NCBI GenBank assembly: GCA_036172245.1 | Contig: JAYWIR010000014.1 | Coordinates: 3,782,001-3,846,000, forward strand | Reading direction: 5' to 3' | DNA from: Raillietiella orientalis | Taxonomy: Eukaryota | DNA length: 64,000 bases | Shown: piece after piece, positions 51,780 through 61,117 of the stretch | How positions within the stretch are numbered: position 1 is the stretch's first letter | How the letters are laid out: every line of letters begins with the position of its first letter | The notes under the pieces: model-generated | Told to the model about the DNA's origin: nothing | The model's input: only the letters and a program-made list of their open reading frames with translations | The model's database searches: none | Position numbers and translations under genes: made by a program

Positions 51780-52161
51780 ATGAGACCCAAGCTCGCTTTC
51801 TTACTGCTGTGCGGTGCCTGTTGGAAGCTTGCTGTGACGATCCGTTCTGGCATTTATGTGGATAATGGAGTTGACCAAACCCTGGTGGAGAGGAATTTCG
51901 ATCGTGAAGAAAGCGGAGCCATCCAGAATGAAATTCTGCACCTGATGGGTTTACACCATGAACCGAGAGTAGTGAACCAGCTCGGGAATAACGAATCAGC
52001 TCCGAAATTCTTATTAGATGTATATAAAAGTTTAGTCGAAAACGAAAACTTGGGAGAAATGAAAGATACATCTTTTGTGCCTTTCACTTCGAAATTTATT
52101 ACCCAAGCAGGTGCTTCGGCCATAGATGATAGCGATATCATAATGACATTTAAAAGCCACA
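51780..52161 (+). CDS. gbb: BMP5-8/60A-class ligand (glass bottom boat), exon 1: signal peptide and prodomain start
   Basis: MRPKLAFLLLCGACWKLAVTIRSGIYVDNGVDQT...EILHLMGL...P...SAPKFLLDVYKSL...AIDDSDIIMTF, closely matching the Gbb prodomain (SGIYIDNG.DQT, SAPKFLLDVY, AIDESDIIMTF); donor A|gtaagt, phase 1. Confidence 0.92.
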
Positions 52162-55100
52162 GTAAGTTGTTATATGTATTAGCGCATGGTAGCAGCTAGT
52201 CTATACGCATTAAGGTATTCGATTCATTTGTAAGCACAATCTGAGAGAGGGAGGGGAAAAAAGCCTTTATTGTTCTTCCGTCTCGAGTAATGATTGCCAG
52301 ACGCTTCCCGTAACGAAATCTTTCTGTTTCAAGTTGACACGGAAATCTTCCGAATTTTCCTTTGGATTTTAAAGTTGCTGTTTTTCATCACCGTTGTTGC
52401 ATACCAAGTGCTGCTCTTGTCACGTCACGATTCCTTTTTGCCGATTTCGAAAAAAAAAAAAAAACGAAAACTGAGAATGCTATGAACGGTGTGCGGGGGA
52501 CCATGATTGACAGAAAAGTGGGAGAAATGAAAACACTTAGTAGAGATTAATGTATCTTCCCGCCGTGTGTTTTCCATTTCATCTCATTTCGTTTTTTTCC
52601 TTCTTCCGAGCGATGAAAACCAACAACGAAAAAAAAGGAAAAAAGGAAAATAAAAGAGAGCCCCAACGTGGTGGTGTTGCTGGTGGTGGGCAGGCTAAGA
52701 AGTCTTTTTGACGTAGCTTACTGGGAATCCTCCAATGGCCTGAAATACACGGCAAGGTTGGGCGCATGTCGCAAAGCGTTGGTTACGGGAGAGTTTTCAT
52801 CTGGTGAAGAGGACGGTGAAAGAAACTGTGCAGAAGCCTCTCCGAAGTGCATTTTCAATGGGATTGCAAAACGACGGCTGCCACAACGTTTCGGGCGTGC
52901 AGACAAGAAGAAGAAAGGGGCACGAGGCAGGCGCATTCGTGCCAACGCGTTGCGCTCATACAAAGTGCGCTAATGGACTCCAGCGGAAAAGAATTCGTCA
53001 TGGAGCAGAAGGAGGGCACGCGGGGAAGTGATTGGGTGCGTGGTTGTTTACCCGCGTGATGAAACGAAAAGAAAAAGGAAAAAAGTGCACCACACGTTCG
53101 TGCTTTCCACCCCCCTCCCCCTCTCACTTTTCCTCGAAACGTTCAGCGCTCTTAACCGAACCCGTGCAGGATTTTCTGCACTGCTATCGCTTGCTTGCGC
53201 TGAACGTCGACACCTCATGGGAAAATGCAGGGGTGTCAAATTCAGCCTGAGGAATGGTTTCCATCCCGAGACTTCCATGCACTTCCCCGTCGTGCACGGT
53301 GTTATCCTCCGATGAGTAAAGAGGAACCTCGTGCGGATTATCATTTCTTGAGCCGTGTTAATTGTCAGTTCTCACAAAAAAAAAAAAAAAAGCATTATAA
53401 ACAAGTCAGGAGGATGAAAAACTTGAGATTCGGGTGCTGATGAAACGGTCCGTTGCCAGGGGATGAGTGGCTGCTGTCTTGTGGTCTGCGCTTTCAGGAA
53501 GCGGCCGCAAACTCGCTCAGCTTCGTGTTCAGTTCGATGGCTCCTTCATTCTGAATTCGGGAGTCTCCTCTCCGGTTCACGCGAGGAAGCGGGACGCTTC
53601 GCTTTGTTTCCTGTTCTTGGAGTGCTTGCCGGACACTTTCATCCGTTCCGACTCCCGGGAGCGTTCGCACGCTTCCGGGTGTGATCGGCAAAATTCTGCG
53701 TGTGCACACGGTGCGCTCTGCCTCAGGAAACAAGGAGTTTCCATTTCGGTTCCTTCGTACTTACGTGCCCCTCCGTCGGGCGGAAGGACCCCCTGCAAGT
53801 GTTCCACGACCGGTTACCGTCAGCAGATCCGAAAACAAGCCCGGCCCTTGCGTTTCTGTTTCACGAATCATAAAAAAGCCACAGGCAGAAGGTCGCCCGG
53901 GTGTGGACACTTGAGGCAGTGTGCCCTGAGAAGCGAGGAAAACAGGAAAGCCGCAGATAAGACGTGAAGCGCGCTGTTGTTGGTTTCTGAGATCCACAGA
54001 CTGGCTGGCTTTGATGCTTGTGATGGATGCCCCCGTTCGAGTGCTGAGAAAGAACCCTCACCATCTTCTCACGCATCCCCACCGGTGCATGTTGAGGACC
54101 CTCTTTTGCAGATGCCGGGAAAGCAAACGCGAGGAGCGTTCGCATCCAGGCACGGAAGAGCCCATCGCGTAACGCTGATGAATTGGCAGGCGGAGAAATT
54201 GGTTCTCCCCGGAAGGTTTCGGGGTTCGGGTCAGCAGCGCTACCCCTCGCAGAGCAGAAATTCTGCTGTCCGCGACCCCTTCCCTTGGCTTCTTCAGAGC
54301 GACGAGCGGAGGCTGGCAGCCAACACTTGAGCCAGTCTTCATTTCGTTCGCAGCCACCGCGGACTCGGTCCTTCGCCTGGGGGGGGGGGGCAGCGATATC
54401 GGCAACCCGCCTTCAAAGACGCCCCTGGGCTTGCCTCGCCCGGAAGGCAAGCAACGAGGATGATCTTCTAGCTGTCCGTGCCGGTGTCTCCTACGGTCGT
54501 TCGCATTCTTTCGTGTTCCGTAAATGTGCACTCAGCCCTGTGGTAAAAAAGCGGCAGCGGCCGCACATCCGAGCTCCGAGAGCAGCTGCCCTGGTCGTTC
54601 ATTTTCTACACTCGCACTGCACCGGCGGCCTTTCTCCGAGAGGTGCTCGGAAGGACTTGAGGCACGCTGTACGAATGGACCCCCCCTTTCGGGGTCTTCT
54701 CCCTACTTGTGCGCCATTAGGACCCCTCTGCCCCTCCCACTATTTCCGACCCCCTCCACGCCGCTCATGAGCTTCTCCCTTTTCTCGCTCCTGGAAAATG
54801 GGATATCCCTTCTCGAATTCGACCCTGCGGGAGTGTTCCATCCGGATTCGAACGCTATTCGCGGGATGCTGCGTTCCAGGGTCACCCCCCGCATTCTCCC
54901 TCCCCCTTCTTCCCTTCTTGCGCGTTCCGTTCACCGCGCCGGCGCTGGGTCGTTGCTTGGTCTGCGGCTTCGGCATCGCCAAACATCTGCGTCCTCGTGC
55001 TTTTTCGTCCGCCACGCCTCAGCAGATCCCGATCCAGCTGCTCCCGACACTCTTGGAGCCGCCGTCTCCGAGCGAATCCTGGCGCTGTGGTCATGCCGCC

Positions 55101-58100
55101 GTAGACGCGCAGAGCCTCGAGACACGCTGAAGAAGAGAAAGGAGAGCTGCAACCGCTTCTTCTACTTTTCGCCTTTGCCCGACTTTGCCGCCGCGGCAGC
55201 AGCAGCACGACACACGTTGCGGGCGGACACCGCCTCGATGCGCGCCGTGGTTATCCGGGTTTCACGGCCCCCTTCCGCTCTTCTTCCCGGAGCTCGTCCG
55301 GGTGCCCCGTGGATCAGGTAAACTTCGCCTTGCGAGCCCTGAAGCCTCCGCGCTCCACACGCAGAGCTGCACTGCTGTTGCTGAGCCTTCGAGGCCCGCT
55401 CTTCACAAGCGCCGCCCCCAAGGCACGCGGTGGCGCGCACGAAAGGAGGTTCCTACCGCGAGACGAATGGGTGCTGCGGATACACTGGGATTCCTATCGA
55501 GGTGTTTTCCCTCCTTCCCTCCCGTTTGCTGCTCGCTGGTGGTGCTTGGGGAAGTGGCGGCTGCCTGGTGAAGTCTGCCTGACGCGACCACCCCCACTCG
55601 CGGCCAGTCCCAGGGTCCATCAGCTGCCGCGGTTTGCCAAGGATGCAACCTGTGGATGCAACCATTCGCTCATCCTTGCTTTGCGAGAGGGTTTCTCGGG
55701 CTTGCCGTTGCGGGCACTCCCTTCCTCCACATCCCACTGATACGACGTCGTCCGGACCAGGCTTGTAGCAGGAGAGGTAACGGCAACAGAATTTTCGAGA
55801 CCGAGAGAGCGATTTCCGGCATCCGGTGCTGGTGCTGGAGACTCCGATTCACGTGCTGTCGGCACGTGCATAGGAGTGTGTGCAAAGATTCGTGGGATGT
55901 CAGAGCATCGGCGGCAAACACCCAAATGTCCGTCATCATCGTCGCTATCATCTTGTCTAGGAAAAGGACTATTCGCAAGTGAAGCTCTCCCTGAAGGTGC
56001 GTTTGTTTATTCGTTTCGCGTCAGGAGCCGTCGCTGCTTTGCCAAACGAATGTGCTCCTCGTTTCTTTCTTCACTCAGCTTACTGACGAGGCGATCCACG
56101 AGGAGTAAAATATCTCCTGCTCATGAGAAACTGGGAGCTTTTAGCGACCTCAGGCGTCACTTTCACCGGAAAGCTTTTGAAATAATCTGAAGGCGTTGAT
56201 GCCAGGATAACATGGTGGTGGAGTACGTGTATCACTGCTGCATACTCGAGTTCACTTTGGCTGGACAAGTTCACCATGCTTAGCCAAACTATGTGAGCTC
56301 AGCGGACCCGATTCCATCTCAAGTGTCCGCGCGCTTTCCTTCAAGGGAAAGCCGGCACTTCTCTGGCATCCTCTTTTGAGGAAGCATCTTAGCTTTGACG
56401 CGTTCGTAAAGCAGAGAATGCAGAGGCTGTTCACTGCTCCGGTAAAGCAAGATGTTTATTTGTACGTCTCGAGAGTGATTTTCAAACACACGCACGCTCA
56501 TGTGTGAGCTTGTGCGGGAAGACTTTCAACGAACGAGCTGCAAGTGGTGCGGATGAGTGATCGTTAGATGCTGCCTGCTGACATATCAAAGCTGCAGCCA
56601 AAGCCTAGTACCAATTGGGCAGGAAGCCCAATTCTGAACCAACATCAAGCTGGATTCGCTGGAACCGGTTGTGTTTTCCTATAAATCCTTCGCGGGATGT
56701 TGCGACCGTTCCGCATACAATAAAAGTCAGAATGTGGCTGTTCACAGCAATTCACGGTCACAGAGGCCGATGGAGAAGTCACAAATTTTTCCCGTCGTCG
56801 CTCAGTTAGCTGCAACGCAAACACGCATTTGGTAAAACTTTCGCGTGCTCTGCTTATATTATGGTTGTGGCAAGCGGACGCGTTCTCAACCTGCGTTCTT
56901 GCGAAAACCTGAGAATTTCTTCTGTGCGACTCGTGATCATTCGGAATGCGGAAGGCGTGCAGGAGATTAAATTCATGCATGTTTTCTGTAAACACTGTAA
57001 AAGTTGTTGAATCGCGTCTGGCTAGGGCAAACCGTTGCCCTCGCACGTCGCCCTCGGATCCGTTTTCGGAGTCACCAAGGGGTCATGCTCCACTCTAGGC
57101 TTCGAAACGGGAGTGCAACATTAGTTAAAGGTGGAATCCACAGATGGCTTCGTGGAGACCGGATGCTGCAGATCCTTCCCGTTCGTGCGAATTTCATGCT
57201 TGACCGAAAGTGACAGGAAAAATTGGTACAGCGCCGAAGAGTACGCCATTGAAAACCATTGAAGAGTACCAACAAACCATTGAAAAAAACTTCCGCTTTG
57301 CTGAAGTGTCTTTTCGAGGGAAGGCAGCATCACGTAATCGTGGCGCGGCTGCGGATTGAGGAAATAAGCAGTGATGCTCTGCAGAATGAGGAAAGCTGAA
57401 CGCGTGTGCTTGTGATGTATGATCCTCAGAGTGTGATGATGCTTCGTTTTGAACTTTGTACACGTGCAGTTTTAGTGTCACTTCTGCCTGTCTGTGTGTA
57501 TAGTGTGCACACAACACATGAAATACTGATTCTTGCGGCATTCTTCTCCCAGCACACATGCTCATTTTCAATTTCACTGATGGCTTCAGTACCTTGTTCT
57601 TCATCCGCAAGGGAATGCTTAAGAATCTTGATCCTTGCACCGCATGATGTAGCATACCTTTCCAGTCTTCTTTTGAGGTCAGAGCGGCGTTTTTCCAGTA
57701 AATTGCAAGATTTAGTTCAAAGCTCTTTATGTTATGCAAGCCCGTCTTGTCTCTTTAAATCCGGTGTGGTCATTGTAGCTTCATTGATAAATTCGGTAAT
57801 TCAATGCCCATTGTTCTTGCAGTCACTCTCAGTGTTTTTTTTTTCTTTGTGTTTTTGTCATCATGAGCGTTTTTTAATGCAGTCTTTTTTAACCAATAAT
57901 AAAATATGATCTTGAAAATAAATTCTTCGGTGGTTCTTGTTGGACCTCGGATTGTGTTGATATCCGTCCGGCGCAGACGAATTCAATGACGGCCTTCGAG
58001 CAGTCGTAAATCAAAGATGCAACAATGGACCAAGCAGCTGAGAATTTTCCTGTACAAACAGAAACCATTTGTTATAGAACAGGTGGTGTCGGGATGGGCA

Positions 58101-58528
58101 GAGGACAGTAAAAGTGCACTTTCACTGCTTTTGATTAATGCAAAATCATTTAATTCAAAAGGGAAAAGAAAAAAAATTGTTCAAGAAAATTTTCGCGTCT
58201 GGCTTCAAGGAGAGATATGAGAGACCGAACGGTTTTCATCTTGATATTTGCCAAGTGGAACTCTGGCGCGCCAATTTCTTACAACCCTGCCTGCAAGAGA
58301 TAATCTCCACGGAAGAAAGCTTGTTTTTCGATACAATCTTGACTTTATCTGGACAAACAAGTTCACTTGCTGTTCGAGACCCATTGAGCAGTGAAGCTTG
58401 GTGTTATATTCCACTGAAGTAGCGTCGATCGTGTGACTGGAAGCCAAAGTAGAATCAGCTGCTGTTATCAATTCCATTGGTTTAATAGAATGGCCAACTT
58501 ACATGGGTTTAAAGGGTGCTTCAGATTC

Positions 58529-58670
58529 TAATGACAGTAATTGATTGACAGTAATGATCAGTAATTGATTCTAGTGTTCCTAATTATCGTAATTGGTGAA
58601 ATAACTTTGTGACAACAAGGATCTTTAGTCATTAATAATCCCCGAGGTTCCTTTCATTTTCCAATTAGAT
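58529..58670. promoter_or_regulatory. Cluster of homeodomain and TALE sites in gbb intron 1 (candidate enhancer)
   Basis: TGACAG (58532), TGATTGACAG (58542..58551, PBX-MEIS/PKNOX decamer), and several TAAT cores (TAATTG, TAATGA, TAATTA, TAATTGG, CAATTA) within ~140 bp of an AT-rich island. Confidence 0.45.
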
Positions 58671-59843
58671 ATTTTTCCCATCTCGACACTTCTTCAACGA
58701 CTTGCTCAGCTCGGTACTCAAAACAGAAAGATTCAGATGTCGTTGGTAGGCTCTCTTGAAACGTGGAAATCTCGACTCTTGTAGTTAGCATCTGCGTGTT
58801 TAGATGGCGGTGTGTATAAATGTTGGTTGCTCAGCACAGAAATCCGACTTGTATATAGCAAATACTCGAAAAACCTATCTGTTGCAGTGAAACACAGAAA
58901 TGTGGGTTCAAGACGCAGCAACTCGCGAGCACCGATGAGGATCCTGTTGGCAGGTTTCGTAACCCAGGAGCCTCTCCTGTCTGCCTGAAGTCGTTGCAAC
59001 GTTCGACCGGTCTTTTTTCGATACGAAAAGAACAGCTGGCGGGTCAGCGACTTGTTCGGCGAGGTCATTCTTTCGTGTCGTGCTCACTGCGGCGTGACCC
59101 GCTTACGCGAGGCGGTGACCTTCCCGGAAGTTTCGGGGGTGGGAACCCTCGCGCGTCTTTCCGTCGACCAGACCTTGGCCAGTCCTGGATGCCTCAACGG
59201 CCAACGCGTGCCAGCGCCGCCCACGGCGGTGAGCGGAACCTAGCGGTTTCCCCTTTGCGAGCGGAAGCCCTGTGGCAACTCTCTGGGTTTCCGCCCTACA
59301 ATTTCAAGAAACCGACCCGGAGGCACTCAAGGGGGGAAAAGGAGGGAGAGGCAGGAAGAGGTTTCGTCCGAGACTCGCGCTTGTCCTGCGTGTGTGCGAT
59401 GCTGGCGTGGACGTCGGTCTCCCAGGCGCGCACCCGGGGATTTTGCCTCCTAGCTCGATCTTCGGGATAGTTCTGGACCGGGAAAAAAGGGGGAAGGATC
59501 AAGGGGGAATAGAGTGATCTGAGGCGTGGGTTGTGCGCCCGAGGGCTGCTGCTGCTGCTTCATGGGAGGAAAGGGAGAGGAAGGGAGGGCTACTCTCGGA
59601 TTCCCACCGCCGCCGTTTTTGTTCCAGAGCGAAGGAGTCCTTCGCATGGGAGGCGGCATGTCCCGCCGCGTCGTGAGCCTTTCGCTCTCTTTCCGCGCGC
59701 CCTCCCCCCCCCCTTTTCCCTTCCCCATCGTCACGTCGGCAGCTGCCCGCTGAAGAGCGGAAACATCGGGCAAAGGCGTAGCGGCGCAGCACTTCCGCCT
59801 CCATGTCGCCCGCCTCACCGTGCCACTTCCTTGCTGCTTCCAG

Positions 59844-61065
59844 GTGTGGATGGAAACGTCTGGTTCGACGTGTCCGAGCTTTCCCGCAGGAGCCTCCTGC
59901 AGGCGGAGCTGAGGGTCTTTAAGCATCGGAAGACCTCCGAGGGCGAGCCGGACTGCGACGTCACCGTGAGCATCTTCCAGGTCACTCGTGCGGGAACGGA
60001 TCCCAGGTAACCAGCCCCCCTCCCTCCCGCGCGGGCTGCGATCCCGGACGTTTCCAGCGACGGCCTGCGGCTCCTGTCGGAGGCGGACTCGCGGCTGTCC
60101 TTCGAGGGCTGGCTGCTGGCCAATGTGACCTCGGCGGTGCTGCGGTGGATGGAGTCTCCTTCGGACAACCTCGGCCTGAGGGTCACGGCACGCCTGGACG
60201 GACGCGGTGAGGAACGTCCCTCTGCCCAGGACCTGGGAGGAGGGGGGTCTCCCCACAGAGGACCGGACTTCCCGCACGGAGAAGGGAAATGTCCGAGGGC
60301 CTCCGGCGGGGCGTACTTCGAGCGGGTCCTCTCCAGCTTCTCTCCCCCTCTTCCAGCCTCTCTCGCGGCGACGGGACCCCGGGGGGACTGTCCTGACTTC
60401 GCCGCGCGCGCCCCCTGCTAGGGCGTCTCCCGCATTACCCGCCGTTCTCTTTGCAGAGGCGGACGTGAGTGCCGCGGGGCTGAGTCCCGGGAAAGAGCGC
60501 CTGGAAGACAGGCCCTTCTTGGTAGCCTACATCTCCTCTCCCGACGAGGGCGTCTCCACTGCCGGCAGGCTGAGTAGGCCCTCCAGGAGCGCGAAGAAGT
60601 TCGGCCAGAGGTACGCCGGCAGCTCCAAGGGCAGGAGGAACCCCTACTCGGGAGGTGAGTCCGGCTCGCCCCCCCCTGGGGGGTCTGCCCCTCCCTTTTC
60701 CGCCTCCGCTCGGGAAGTCATTCTCCTCCTCCACAGAGCACCGCCGCGGGCACGGCTGCCAGAGGAAGACGCTCTTTATCAGTTTCAAGGACCTCGGCTG
60801 GCAGGAATGGGTCATCGCACCCGACGGGTTCGCGGCGTTCTACTGCGACGGCGTGTGTTCGTTCCCGCTGAACGCCCATATGAACGCCACCAACCATGCC
60901 ATCGTGCAGACGCTCGTGCACATCATGAACCCCCACCTCATCCCCAAGGCGCGCTGCGCCCCCAAGGCACTCAGCCCCATCTCCGTCCTCTACTACGACG
61001 ACGACAACAACGTCATCCTGAAGAAGTTCCCCAACATGATGATCAAGAGCTGCGGCTGCCACTGA
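59844..61065 (+). CDS. gbb: BMP5-8/60A-class ligand (glass bottom boat), exons 2-5: rest of prodomain and mature TGF-beta domain
   Basis: Exons 59844..60006, 60058..60206, 60457..60654, 60737..61065, phase-compatible with exon 1. WFDVS...AELRVF, EGWL..NVT.A...W.....NLGL, PFLVAY, RPSR furin-type site, mature [55 protein letters not shown]...[35 protein letters not shown] small exon between exons 1 and 2 may be missed. Confidence 0.93.
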
Positions 61066-61111
61066 GGGCGCGCCCCTCGCCCACCCCACCCCACCTCCCC
61101 CGCACTTCCCG

Positions 61112-61117
61112 AATAAA
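61112..61117 (+). promoter_or_regulatory. Candidate polyadenylation signal of gbb
   Basis: An isolated AATAAA in very GC-rich DNA, 46 nt after the TGA stop. Confidence 0.6.

Noticed and set aside
52200..59800. Numerous overlapping 60-265 aa ORFs on both strands in gbb intron 1
   Set aside because: Arg/Ser/Pro/Ala-rich, no motifs; expected from stop-codon scarcity in GC-rich DNA.
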